Part shown: positions 8,096 through 17,751 of the stretch, one piece after another | Position numbering within the stretch: the first letter of the stretch is position 1 | Layout: each line of letters begins with the position of its first letter | NCBI GenBank assembly: GCA_041494645.1 | Contig: JBGQBD010000003.1 | Location: 1-59,134 of the forward strand | DNA: 59,134 nucleotides | Source of the DNA: Candidatus Limnocylindria bacterium | Lineage (GTDB): Bacteria; Chloroflexota; Limnocylindria; Limnocylindrales; CSP1-4 | Direction of reading: 5' to 3' | Translations under genes and position numbers: made by a program | Notes under the pieces: generated by a model | What the model saw: only the letters and a program-made list of their open reading frames with translations | What the model was told of the DNA's origin: nothing | The model's database searches: none

Positions 8096-9298
8096 TCAGC
8101 TGGCGACGCCCTCGGACTGGCGCAGCTTGGCCGCTGCCTCGTCGTACAGCGACTCGATCGAGCTGACCATCAGCTCGATGCAGAAGCGGTCGTGGACCAG
8201 GTCGTGGCCCCGCTTCGCGACCATGTCCGCGTACGGGTGGTCCTTCAGCAGCCGGATGATCGCGGCCGAGAGGGCGTCGCAGTCGTTCGGCGGGACGAGT
8301 AGGCCGGTCACTCCGTCTTCGATCATCTCCGGGATGCCGCCCACGCTGGAGGCGATCACGGGACGGCTCAGGGCCATCGCCTCCAGGACGCTCAGCCCCT
8401 GCGCCTCGCGGTATGACGGCAGCACGGAGACGTCCAGCGCGGCGGTCACCGCCGGGACGTCCTCGCGGCGGCCGGTGAAGACGACGCGCTCGCTCACGCC
8501 CAGCGAAGCCGCCTCGGCCTCCAGCGAGTCGCGCTCGGAACCCTCGCCGACGATGAGCAGCCACGCGTTGGGAACCGCCGCCAGGACGTCTGGCCAGGCG
8601 TCGATCAGGGTTCGGTGGCCCTTCTCCGCCTCCAGACGCGCGACCACGCCCACGATCTGCGCATCCTCCGGAATCAGGTACTCCTCGTGGAGCGTGCAGC
8701 ACGGCTGCTGGTGGTTGTAGCGCTGCAGGTCGACCCCGTTGTAGATCAGGCTGACGGGGGCGCCGAAGCGGCCCTCCTCGCGGACCTTCTGCTCGATGGC
8801 CCGAGACACGACGATCAGCCGGTCCATCAGCGGGGTCAGCTGGCGGAGCGTCTGCCGATCTTCGAGGCAGCGGATCCTGCTCGAATGCACGGTCGAGATG
8901 ACGGCCGGGCGCCGGCAGCCCTTCTCGCCGAGCAGCAGGGCCGCGCGTGTGCCGACAACCTCGGCCCGGTACATGTGGTTGTGAACGATCTCCGGCGCGA
9001 ACGGCGCCATCGCGTCGGCCAGGGCTCGAACGGCCAGCCGGTCGTCAGGCTCGTCGATGACCGTGACGTCGATGCCGGCCCTCTGGAGCCGCCGGACGGA
9101 GCTGCCGTGCGACAGCGACACGACCCTGACTTCGTAGCATTCCGGGTTGAGGCGGGTCACGAGCGAATAGACGTGCTCCTGCGCCCCACCATTCGTGCCG
9201 GTGGCCAACACCTCGAGGACCCGCACGCGACCGCCATCGAGCGGTTCGCGGTCGGCCCGCTCGAGACAGGGCTCCAGGATCTCCCGTTCGGCGCCCAT
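8096..9298 (-). CDS. GT4 family glycosyltransferase
   Basis: GGAQEHV, IYNGVD, VARLEAEKGH, EAQGLSVLEAMA, VGGIPEMI. Start taken at ATG9298, 2 nt after the upstream stop. Confidence 0.92.
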   Translation of the reverse strand: MGAEREILEPCLERADREPLDGGRVRVLEVLATGTNGGAQEHVYSLVTRLNPECYEVRVVSLSHGSSVRRLQRAGIDVTVIDEPDDRLAVRALADAMAPFAPEIVHNHMYRAEVVGTRAALLLGEKGCRRPAVISTVHSSRIRCLEDRQTLRQLTPLMDRLIVVSRAIEQKVREEGRFGAPVSLIYNGVDLQRYNHQQPCCTLHEEYLIPEDAQIVGVVARLEAEKGHRTLIDAWPDVLAAVPNAWLLIVGEGSERDSLEAEAASLGVSERVVFTGRREDVPAVTAALDVSVLPSYREAQGLSVLEAMALSRPVIASSVGGIPEMIEDGVTGLLVPPNDCDALSAAIIRLLKDHPYADMVAKRGHDLVHDRFCIELMVSSIESLYDEAAAKLRQSEGVAS

Positions 9299-9300
9299 GT

Positions 9301-10488
9301 CTATCGAACCTCGGCGGCGGTGCGCTGGACGAGCAGGCGCTCGATCGGTTCGTCGACCGCCCCCCACTCGTATTTGTAAGGCTCGTTGCCGCGCATGAAA
9401 TCGATGCGGGACCGGCCGAGTTCGATGGCTCGTTGAATGTAGCGGGCGACCATGATCACTCCGGGTGACAGCTCTCTGGCGTCCGGGTCGACGCCGGCGT
9501 TGTAGTAGTAGACGGCCACGCCGTCGTCGAAGGTGACCCCGGCCGCGACGCGACGGCCACCGACGGTCAGGAAGCTTAGATCGACCAGACCGGACGGAGG
9601 GCAGTCCTCGAAGAGCTTACCGAAGAACCGCCGGCTGGCGGCGCCGCCTTCGGTCTCCGGAAAGAGACCCTCCGCGCCCCAGCGCTTCTGGTGCAGCGCC
9701 ACGAAAGCTTCCAGGTCGCCCAGCGGATCGGCCGAACGCTCCAGGCGGACCTCTCCGGCGGCCTCGACCCGGCGGATCTTCCTCCTTATCTCGTGGCGCT
9801 CCTTCTTGTCCAGGGTGCCCAGGAAGGCCTCGAAGTCGGCGCCTGCGGGCAGCGTGAGGACGGGACAGACATCCTCAAGCTCTCGAGTGACGAGCCAGGA
9901 GGCCCGCGGGGCGGCCCACTCGAACGACGCCGCGAGGGCGTCCGCGGCGGGATCTCCGACGCGGAGACGCCGCAGGTCCACCACATCCCATTTGGCGGGG
10001 TCCAGCGCGGCGAGTGCCTCAACCACGGCCTCGCCGACCGCCGCCACGTCGGCCGGCGCCGCCAGTATCGTGGCGTAGTCGGCGTGGTACGAAGCCCCGA
10101 AGAAGACGCCCGTCGCCGAAGCCGGCACGGGCCGGAGCGCGGGCCCGGCCTGATGGCGCATGGTGGTTCGCGCCGCCACGTCCCCCGGCTCCAGCTCATG
10201 GCGATGCATCAGCGGCACGATGCCGACGATCTCGTCCGGGGCGGCTTCGTCGACCACGACGAGCGTCTGGTCGTGCGCCGTGGCGCCGTAGGCGTCCCAC
10301 CAGGCCCGCTGCACGCAGTGGCGCGAGAAGGGCGTGGCACTGGGCGTCTGATCGACGAGCGCGTCCCAGGTCCCGGCCGGGATCGAATCGAAGGCCCGGC
10401 GGGCGGCAACGAGGTGGCGCGGCGCGGCGCCGCTTCCATCGGCCCTCCCTCCGGCCGCGAATTCGGCTTGAGCGGATCCTGCTGTCAT
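9301..10488 (-). CDS. GNAT family acyltransferase (CelD/BcsL-like)
   Basis: KKERHEIRRKIRR, YYYNAGVDP, SPG, DFMRGNEPYKYEWGA. Confidence 0.88.
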   Translation of the reverse strand: MTAGSAQAEFAAGGRADGSGAAPRHLVAARRAFDSIPAGTWDALVDQTPSATPFSRHCVQRAWWDAYGATAHDQTLVVVDEAAPDEIVGIVPLMHRHELEPGDVAARTTMRHQAGPALRPVPASATGVFFGASYHADYATILAAPADVAAVGEAVVEALAALDPAKWDVVDLRRLRVGDPAADALAASFEWAAPRASWLVTRELEDVCPVLTLPAGADFEAFLGTLDKKERHEIRRKIRRVEAAGEVRLERSADPLGDLEAFVALHQKRWGAEGLFPETEGGAASRRFFGKLFEDCPPSGLVDLSFLTVGGRRVAAGVTFDDGVAVYYYNAGVDPDARELSPGVIMVARYIQRAIELGRSRIDFMRGNEPYKYEWGAVDEPIERLLVQRTAAEVR

Positions 10489-10623
10489 GTCTTCGAACCG
10501 TCCGGACAGGCAGGCCCGCCATCGGCAAGGGAGAGGCTGGTCACTCGCCGAGAATAGCACCGCCCCCGCCGGAGGCCCGATGGCCGCCCCGGGACGCCGC
10601 GCCGCCAGCGATGCCCGCACCGC

Positions 10624-11061
10624 CTAGGCAAGGCGTTCCAGCACCACGACGGGGATGCGGCGGGCGGTCCGCTGCTGGTACTCCCCGAAGGCCGGGTACT
10701 TCTCGACTCGCTGGGCGTACATGCGATCGCGCTCCGCGCCCTCGACTACAACGGCCCGGGCCTGGAATCTCTCCCCGCCCACTTCTACGGTGACGATCGG
10801 GTTGGCGACGAGGTTCAGGTACCAGGCGGGATGAGTCGGCGAGCCGCCCTTGGAGGCGACGATGACGAAGCGGTCGCCGTCGCGCGTGTAGACGAGCGGC
10901 GCCAGCCGGGGCTGTCCCGACTTCGCGCCGGTAGTCGTCAGAAGCAGCACCTCCCTGCCCGCGAACGGGCCGCTGACGACCTTGCCGCCGTGGGCACGGA
11001 GATCCTCGATGAGCGCGGCCGTCATCGCGGCAAAGGCGGCTCGCGGGTCTGTATCGGACAT
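10624..11061 (-). CDS. Deazaflavin (F420)-dependent nitroreductase family protein
   Basis: LLLTTTGAKSGQPR, VASKGGSPTHPAWYLNLVANP, YQQRTARRIPVVVL. Confidence 0.92.
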   Translation of the reverse strand: MSDTDPRAAFAAMTAALIEDLRAHGGKVVSGPFAGREVLLLTTTGAKSGQPRLAPLVYTRDGDRFVIVASKGGSPTHPAWYLNLVANPIVTVEVGGERFQARAVVVEGAERDRMYAQRVEKYPAFGEYQQRTARRIPVVVLERLA

Positions 11062-11192
11062 CTGTTCCTCGCATCTGGAAGGGCCTGTCGGGCCGGAGTA
11101 GTTGCCATCGTAACTACCCGGGACTCGCGCGCCCTCCCCCACCGACCGGGGTTACGTCCCGTGGCCCGGCGCTCGCGGACCGGGCGACGCGG

Positions 11193-12323
11193 CTAGGCTC
11201 GCGCCGCGGCCGGGGTCCGCGCCGGACGGGCCAGCAACCCCTCGACCAGCACTACCGCCAGGCAACCGAAGAACGCCAGCGGCACGGTCGCCGCCGCCAG
11301 CCACGAACCCGGCCCCTGGTCTGCGAAGAGCGGAACCCAGCCGGCCAGCGGGAAGACGACGGCCCAGGTGCGGCCCCGAGCGACGAGCCAGGCGGCAGGC
11401 AGGAGGAGCAGGACGGCGTAGTGGTCACGGAGCGGCGAGCTGAGCAGCTGGCTGGCAACGATCGTGACCTGCAGACTGGCCTCCGGCGAGGTCAGGCGCC
11501 ACGCGACCAGGAGCGCGGCCACGGCTAGCGCCACCGAGCCCACCTGGACGGCCGTGGCTACCGCGTCCGGGGCGCCGGCCCCGTGGGCGATCGCCCCCGG
11601 GGCGAAGTTGTGTGGCGTCGAGAAAGTCCCGCTCAGCCCGCGGACCAGATCCGCGTACGTCGCCCATGCGCCGACGCCGGTGGCCAGAGTCGCCGCCGCG
11701 GCCAGCGCCACTGCCCACGCAACGGCGGCGACCGCGGCCCGATACCGGCCCGTGGCCATCGCCCAGACCGCCAACAACCCCGGCTGCACCTTGATCAACG
11801 CTCCCGCGGCAGCGACCGCCCCTACGGCGGCCGCCCGGTCCATCCAGCGCCACGCTGCGGCGAACCCCAGGAAGAGGATCGGCTCCACCTGGCCGAGCTT
11901 CACCGCATACAGCAGCGGCCAGTCGAGCGCGGCTACGATGACCACCAGCCAGCGCACATCCCGACGCACCGGCAGCAGGGCCACCCCGGCCAGGAAGCAC
12001 GCGGCCATGGCCAGGCACCACAGGCCGGCAGCCGCTCCCCCAAAGACCAGCCAGGCGACGAGCGCCACGGCAAAAGGCGGCGGGTAGGTATACGTCCCCG
12101 GGCACGTCCCCACGGCGATCGAGAAGGGGTTGTCGTACATCGGCTGGCCGTCCAACAGGTGCCGGGCCGCGCCCTCGTAGCACGTGTAGTCGTAGCCGAG
12201 GGTCTTGCCCGCGGACGCCAGGACGAGGCCGACCATGGCGGCGAAGAGCAGAGTCGCCCCGACGGGCACGAGCATGTCGGCGAGCCGCGGGCGGCGATTG
12301 GCCGGCGACTCGGCCACGGTCAT
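11193..12323 (-). CDS. GT87 family (GT-C) membrane glycosyltransferase
   Basis: YD..Y, YTYPPPFA, LGQV, IKVQPG, multi-TM. Start overlaps the upstream stop (ATGA). Confidence 0.85.
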   Translation of the reverse strand: MTVAESPANRRPRLADMLVPVGATLLFAAMVGLVLASAGKTLGYDYTCYEGAARHLLDGQPMYDNPFSIAVGTCPGTYTYPPPFAVALVAWLVFGGAAAGLWCLAMAACFLAGVALLPVRRDVRWLVVIVAALDWPLLYAVKLGQVEPILFLGFAAAWRWMDRAAAVGAVAAAGALIKVQPGLLAVWAMATGRYRAAVAAVAWAVALAAAATLATGVGAWATYADLVRGLSGTFSTPHNFAPGAIAHGAGAPDAVATAVQVGSVALAVAALLVAWRLTSPEASLQVTIVASQLLSSPLRDHYAVLLLLPAAWLVARGRTWAVVFPLAGWVPLFADQGPGSWLAAATVPLAFFGCLAVVLVEGLLARPARTPAAARA

Positions 12324-13102
12324 TGCTGGGACGCCCGCTTGATGCCCGGGTGTACGAACCGGATTCGGACGAGGTCCCACGCGACCCGGAGCGCCAGCTT
12401 CGGCCGGGCGTGCATACGCGAGCCTCGCCGGTCGGCCCAGACGATCGGCACGATCGCCACCCGGTAGCCCCGCCGCCGCGCCAGGTAGATGAGATCGACG
12501 TCGAAGGCGATGCTGGTGATCCGCAACCGCCCGAAGAGATCGCGCGCGGCGGCTCGCCGGAATCCCTTGAAACCGCACTGGGTGTCCCTCACCGGACCAG
12601 TGGCCCAGAGTTGCGCGGCGAACCGGAAGATCCGCCCAACCAGGCGCCGGAAGCGCGGCTGGGTGGCGCGCATGTCCGAGCCGTCGGTCTGGATCCGGCT
12701 GCCCAGCGCGACGTCCGCGGTTTCCAGAGCCCGAATCAGCTTCCCCAGCTGATCGGGTGGCGTGGCCATGTCCGCGTCCGCGAAGACGAGCGCGTCGCCG
12801 TCCGCGACGAGCATCCCGGCTCGGACGGCGGAGCCCTTCCCCCCGTGCGGGACCGCCAGAAGCCCGAGGCTCGGGCAGTCGCGGCGGGATGGGACTGCCC
12901 CTTCGGGCGCGAACTCGGGCCTGGCTCGCACCAGGGCCGCAGTCCCGTCCGTGCTGCCGTCGTCAACGATCAGCACGCTCACCAGGTCGGGCAGCTCACC
13001 GGGCGGCGCCGAGCACAGGTACTCGAAAAGCTCGTCGAGAGCGGGCCCCAGGCGGGCCTCCTCGTTGTAGGCCGGCAGCACGATCCCCAGGCTCGAAAGC
13101 AT
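12320..13102 (-). CDS. GT2 polyprenyl-phosphate glycosyltransferase (Alg5/Dpm1-like)
   Basis: LPAYNEE, VDDGSTDGT, GKGSAVRAG, FADADMATP, DTQCGFKGF. Confidence 0.92.
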   Translation of the reverse strand: MLSSLGIVLPAYNEEARLGPALDELFEYLCSAPPGELPDLVSVLIVDDGSTDGTAALVRARPEFAPEGAVPSRRDCPSLGLLAVPHGGKGSAVRAGMLVADGDALVFADADMATPPDQLGKLIRALETADVALGSRIQTDGSDMRATQPRFRRLVGRIFRFAAQLWATGPVRDTQCGFKGFRRAAARDLFGRLRITSIAFDVDLIYLARRRGYRVAIVPIVWADRRGSRMHARPKLALRVAWDLVRIRFVHPGIKRASQQ

Positions 13103-13265
13103 GATCGGGAGTGTACGGGCCCGTTCCGCGGTTCGCACCTCCCAAGCGGCGGGCCGCACCGCCCGGGGAGAGGCGGCGCCGCGTCCCGGTCCGCCGGTAG
13201 TAGAACCGCCATAGGTCGTTCGTACCGGCTGGAGGCAGTCCCGGCCGGTGCTACGCTGCACCGCC

Positions 13266-14942
13266 GTGCGGATCCCTCTCGCTCTGTTTGCGTTTGCCCT
13301 GCTCGTCAGGGCGCTGCTGTTCGGGTTGCATCCGGACGCGGCCTATCCCGATTCGTTCTACTACGTGGACGTCGCTCGGGCGCTGCAGGCCGGACACGGC
13401 TTCAACATCGACTTCATCTACTCGTTCCTGGACGTGGGCGGAAGGATCCCGGCCAATCCCACCCTGCCGGTCCCGAGCAACGGCTTCTGGATGCCGCTGG
13501 CCTCGATCGTCCAGCTGCCTACCATCTACGTGCTGGGTCCCACTGCGCTCGCCTCGGCTCTGCCGTTCATCGTCATCGGTTCGCTGTCGGCGCCGCTTAC
13601 GTGGCTGATCGCCCGTGAAATCGGCTGCCGACGAGCCGTCGCCCTGGCGGCTGGGATAGCCCTGGCCAGCCCTGCGGCGGCGGCTATCTATGCCAGCCAG
13701 CCCGACAACTTCTCACTCTTCCAGCCAATCGCCACCGCGACGTTGTGGCTGACCGTGCGAGGCCTGAAGGGGCACCCCGGCTCGTTTGCCGTGGCCGGGC
13801 TCACGGCCGGGCTGGCCTGTCTGTCGCGGAATGACGGCCTGCTGCTCGGCGCCGTCGTCGGCCTGGCCTTCGGATGGGATCGATGGCGGGCCTGGCGTTC
13901 CAGGGGCGCTCGAAAGCCAGCGATCCCGTGGCGCTACGGCTTCGCCTGCCTCGGTCTCCTCTTGCTCGTGCTGGCGCCCTGGTGGGTGCGCCAGCTGGCC
14001 GTCTTCGGGAGCATCTCGCCGTCGGCGAGCTCCGGCCGTGCCCTGTTCGTCATGAGCTACGACGACACGAACCGCGTCACTGGCGACACCTCCCTCGCGG
14101 CTTTCCTGGGTCAGGGCCTGGGCCCGATCCTGTTGAGCAGGCTGACTGGACTGTTCTGGGCGATCGGCATCTTCTCGGTGCTGGAGTGCTCGTTGGCCCT
14201 CGCGCCGTTCGTGGTCGTGGGCGGTTGGGCACGCCGCCGATCGATCGAATTCGGACCGTACTTCGTCTATGCCGGCTTGCTATTCGCCTTCTCGGTTCTG
14301 CTCTTCCCGGTCCACCTCCCGAACGGCATGTTCGTGCACTCAGCCGTGGCCCTGGTCCCGTACGGCTGCATCCTTGGCTTCGAGGGCCTGGTCGCGGTTG
14401 TCGCCTGGGTCTCCAGGCACCGCCGGAACTGGCAGGAGGAGCGGGCCACGCCCATCTTCCTGGGAGCCGCGGTGGGGATCATGGTCCTGTCGACGGCCGT
14501 CTACGCCGCTATGTCGTTGCCGGCGTGGGATAGGGACCGCGACCTCATGATCGCCGCCGGGCAGGCCCTCGATGACGCCGGCGTGCCGGCCTCGGATGTC
14601 GTCATGACCGTGGACCCAGCCGGCTTCAAGTACTTCACCGGACACGGTGGCGTGGTCACGCCGAGCGATTCGCTGGACGTCACCCGCCAGGTCGCCGCCG
14701 ACTACCAAGTGCGCTGGCTGGTTCTGGAACGAGCCCACGTCGTGGGGTCGATGGTCCCGGTGATCGAATCCAAGGAGCGTCCGGCCTGGATCGGCGCTCC
14801 GATCTACGTCAAGCCGTACGACGGACCGAAGACGGACAACCCGGCGGTCGACGCGGCTCCCGCGCTGGCCGTCTATCCGATCTGCACGAGCCCGGGGGAC
14901 ACGCGCTGCGGTTCGCCCCTGGGGGCCCTGGTCGCGCCGTGA
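13266..14942 (+). CDS. GT-C (ArnT/PMT-like) membrane glycosyltransferase
   Basis: PDSFYYVDVARAL..GHG after TM1, WMPL, LSRNDG, many TMs. GTG13266 follows TACGCT. Confidence 0.7.
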   Translation: MRIPLALFAFALLVRALLFGLHPDAAYPDSFYYVDVARALQAGHGFNIDFIYSFLDVGGRIPANPTLPVPSNGFWMPLASIVQLPTIYVLGPTALASALPFIVIGSLSAPLTWLIAREIGCRRAVALAAGIALASPAAAAIYASQPDNFSLFQPIATATLWLTVRGLKGHPGSFAVAGLTAGLACLSRNDGLLLGAVVGLAFGWDRWRAWRSRGARKPAIPWRYGFACLGLLLLVLAPWWVRQLAVFGSISPSASSGRALFVMSYDDTNRVTGDTSLAAFLGQGLGPILLSRLTGLFWAIGIFSVLECSLALAPFVVVGGWARRRSIEFGPYFVYAGLLFAFSVLLFPVHLPNGMFVHSAVALVPYGCILGFEGLVAVVAWVSRHRRNWQEERATPIFLGAAVGIMVLSTAVYAAMSLPAWDRDRDLMIAAGQALDDAGVPASDVVMTVDPAGFKYFTGHGGVVTPSDSLDVTRQVAADYQVRWLVLERAHVVGSMVPVIESKERPAWIGAPIYVKPYDGPKTDNPAVDAAPALAVYPICTSPGDTRCGSPLGALVAP

Positions 14943-16645
14943 GCCGGCGTGAAGCCTGGGTCAGCGCCGGTGCCGTCTTTGCCCTGGCGCTTGCCGTTCG
15001 GATCGTTGCCGCGGCCGCAATCAGCTTCCCGGTGCCGGAGAACACGGCCTACTACGCCGGCGTCGCCCGCAATCTGGCCGAGGGTCGCGGCCTGATCAGC
15101 GACGCTCTGTGGAGCTACCAGACCCAGCCGCTCGTGGTGCCACGGGCAGCCTTTGAAGTCTGGCTGCCGCTGCCGTCGCTGCTCGCCGCTCTGCCGACGC
15201 TCCTGGCCGGCAGCGCCAACTGGTTCCGGGCTGCCCAGGTCGTCCCGGTGCTGGCGGGATCCGCCGTAGCCGTGCTGGCCTGGCGCATCGGCGCCGACGT
15301 TGCCGCCGAGATGCAGCTGCCGATCGGGCGGGCGCGAACCCTCGGCATCGGGACTGGTCTGGTTGCGGCGGCTTTGGGGCCACTCGTCCTCTACAGCGCC
15401 CTGCCCGACTCCACCGCGCTATTCGCGGCCTTCTCATTGGGAGCGTGCCTGCTGATGACGCGCATCGCGGCTCGCGAGTCGGCCCCGGATCGCTCCGGCG
15501 CGGACCGCGCCGGCGATGCCGCCGGAGCGGCGGGCACCCGCGCTGCCGTCATCGTTTCCGTCCTCGATCCGCAGCTCCTGGGCCTGGGCCTGGTCCTGGC
15601 CCTCGCGGCGCTGACGCGAAGCGAGGCCGTCTGGCTTGGTCTCGCCTGGGCGGCGATCGCGTGGTTCTGGACCCCCGGCAGCCGCCGCCATCGCACCCTC
15701 CTGATAGTGGCGCCGGCCGTCGTCGCGGCCCTCATCTACTCGCCGTGGGCCATCCGCGACTGGCTGGTCTTCGGCAATCCCCTGCCCGGCCAGGCGATCA
15801 CCAACGCCCTGTCCTTGCACGACTACGACATATTCGCCTACCAGGACCAGCCAACCCTGGCTCGATTCCTCGGCCAGGGTCCGGTGGCTCTGGCAGGGAT
15901 CTACCTCACGGGCATTGCCCACGATCTGTTCCAGGTGCTGGTCGTACCGGCCTTACCGGTCAGCGTCGTGGGGCTGCTGGCCCTGCCCTGGGCTGGGCGC
16001 CGCCGCGCTCTGCGCCCCCTTCTGATGGCGTCGACGATCACCTTCGTGACGACGAGCCTCCTCTTCCCCGTCGCCACCGTTTCCGGCACTTACCTCCATG
16101 CCTCAGGCGCGGCGTACGTGCTGCTGGCGCTGGGTTGCCTGCTGGCCTTCGACGTGCTGATCGTCCGCATTGGCCGGGTGCGCCACTGGACCAGACCCGT
16201 CGCCTGGATCGGCCCGGCCTGCGCCCTTGCCGCCATTCTGCCTCTCTCGGTGATCACCGTCGGCGGCATGGCCAGGCAGGCCGACGACGTCCAGAATCGC
16301 TACGAGGCCCTGACCGCGGCCATGGACAGAGCCGGCTTGCCGCTGTCCGGCGCCGGGCCGATCATCACCGACAACCCGATCTGGCTGGCCGAGGCGGCGC
16401 GAGTGCCGGCAATCGCCCTGCCGGAGGAGTCACCGGAGGCGGTCCTGGCCGTCGCCCGCCGCTTCGACGCGGAGCTGCTCATCGTCAAGTCCGACGGCCA
16501 CGGGCCGTGGCCGGAGATCCTCGGCAGGGGTGGACCATCGGCGCAGTGCTTCAAGAAGGTGCCCCTGACCGACAGCTCCGGTGGCGAGCCGGTGGAAAGC
16601 TCGCCCCTGGCTCAAATGCGCGTTTTCCGGATCGACTGTCCATGA
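14939..16645 (+). CDS. Second GT-C (ArnT/PMT-like) membrane glycosyltransferase, paralog of the upstream gene
   Basis: PENTAYYAGVARNLAEGRG, WLPLPS, LTRSE. GTGA overlap with the previous gene. Confidence 0.7.
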   Translation: MSRREAWVSAGAVFALALAVRIVAAAAISFPVPENTAYYAGVARNLAEGRGLISDALWSYQTQPLVVPRAAFEVWLPLPSLLAALPTLLAGSANWFRAAQVVPVLAGSAVAVLAWRIGADVAAEMQLPIGRARTLGIGTGLVAAALGPLVLYSALPDSTALFAAFSLGACLLMTRIAARESAPDRSGADRAGDAAGAAGTRAAVIVSVLDPQLLGLGLVLALAALTRSEAVWLGLAWAAIAWFWTPGSRRHRTLLIVAPAVVAALIYSPWAIRDWLVFGNPLPGQAITNALSLHDYDIFAYQDQPTLARFLGQGPVALAGIYLTGIAHDLFQVLVVPALPVSVVGLLALPWAGRRRALRPLLMASTITFVTTSLLFPVATVSGTYLHASGAAYVLLALGCLLAFDVLIVRIGRVRHWTRPVAWIGPACALAAILPLSVITVGGMARQADDVQNRYEALTAAMDRAGLPLSGAGPIITDNPIWLAEAARVPAIALPEESPEAVLAVARRFDAELLIVKSDGHGPWPEILGRGGPSAQCFKKVPLTDSSGGEPVESSPLAQMRVFRIDCP

Positions 16646-16671
16646 AAGACGCCCCGTATACTCCAGGTGGT

Positions 16672-17751
16672 ATGGACGCTGCCCGCGGCGCCGCAGAATC
16701 GCGTGACTCGCGCTTCGACGAGTTGTACGCCGAAGCGAAGTCAACGCTGGGCTACGGGGCCAACAACCTCCGCTCCGTCACCGAGAGGTATCGCGAGGCC
16801 TACCGCGACACCCTGGGTCGCTGGCACCGCCTCCGCGACGAGCTCGACGCTGCCGAACGCGCCCCGCTGACCGGGCGGGAGAAAGATCCGGCCGCGGCGG
16901 CCGAAGCCGGTGCGGAGGATGCTCGCCACAAGGCGCTACGAGCCGAGGTGGAACGCCTGACCGGCAACCTGGGACGGCACCAACAGGAACTGTCCAAGCT
17001 CGAACTCTCGGTCCGAAGCATGGAGAACACCTGGCTCTTCCTGGAGCGCGGCGACGCGAGCCTCGTTGGCGAGGTGGCGGACGCAGGCCTGGCCATGGAT
17101 CTCCAGATGCGGATCGTCCAAGCCCAGGAAGCCGAGCGGTCGAGGCTCGCCCAGGAGGTCCACGACGGGCCGGCTCAGGCCTTGTCGAATGCGATCTTCC
17201 AGGTCGAGTACATCGAGCGCGTCTTGAACGAGGACGTCCGCATGGCCGCCAGTGAGCTGCGCTTTCTGCGCGAGCTGCTGCGCCGCGAGCTGGGAGGGGT
17301 CCGCACCTTCATCACCCAACTGCGCCCGCCGCTTCTGGACGAGGTTGGCCTGGACGGCTCGATCGTAGATGCAGTCGACAGCATGGCGGCCCTGACCGGT
17401 GCCAAGGTCGAGACGGATCTGCGAGCGCCCGGGGACGGGCTCAACCCGACTCAACAAACGGCCGTCCTGCGCATCGTCCAGGAAGCGCTGCAGAACGTTC
17501 GGAAGCATGCCGGCTCAAGCCGTACCGTCGTGTCTACGCGCGTCGAGTCCGGAGACTGGATCCTGGAGGTCTCCGACGACGGCCGCGGCTTCGACGTGAA
17601 CGCGGTGGCGTCCAGGGGCCGGCGCAACTTCGGCCTGCAGTTCATGCGGGAGCGAGCCGAGCTCGTCGGAGCCCGATTCGAGGTTCGATCACGTTCCGGC
17701 GGCGGAACCGTCGTGTGGCTGTCGATTCCAGTGGCAGAGGAGAGCGCATGA
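16672..17751 (+). CDS. Cytoplasmic DegS-like sensor histidine kinase (HisKA_3 + HATPase_c)
   Basis: Coiled-coil N-terminus, RLAQEVHDGPAQ, EALQNVRKHA, DDGRGF, FGLQFMRERA. Start at ATG16672 (alternative 16642). Confidence 0.92.
   Translation: MDAARGAAESRDSRFDELYAEAKSTLGYGANNLRSVTERYREAYRDTLGRWHRLRDELDAAERAPLTGREKDPAAAAEAGAEDARHKALRAEVERLTGNLGRHQQELSKLELSVRSMENTWLFLERGDASLVGEVADAGLAMDLQMRIVQAQEAERSRLAQEVHDGPAQALSNAIFQVEYIERVLNEDVRMAASELRFLRELLRRELGGVRTFITQLRPPLLDEVGLDGSIVDAVDSMAALTGAKVETDLRAPGDGLNPTQQTAVLRIVQEALQNVRKHAGSSRTVVSTRVESGDWILEVSDDGRGFDVNAVASRGRRNFGLQFMRERAELVGARFEVRSRSGGGTVVWLSIPVAEESA

Noticed and set aside
15445-16671. Long N-terminal extensions in the ORF track (768-aa kinase; also 23565 tadB, 49741 prfA, 53658 TIGR03936, 33077 PHP, 51368 rplU)
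   Set aside because: They overlap real genes in other frames and are Arg/Pro/Gly-rich high-GC read-through. True starts are supported by stop-start overlaps, RBS or -10 elements.
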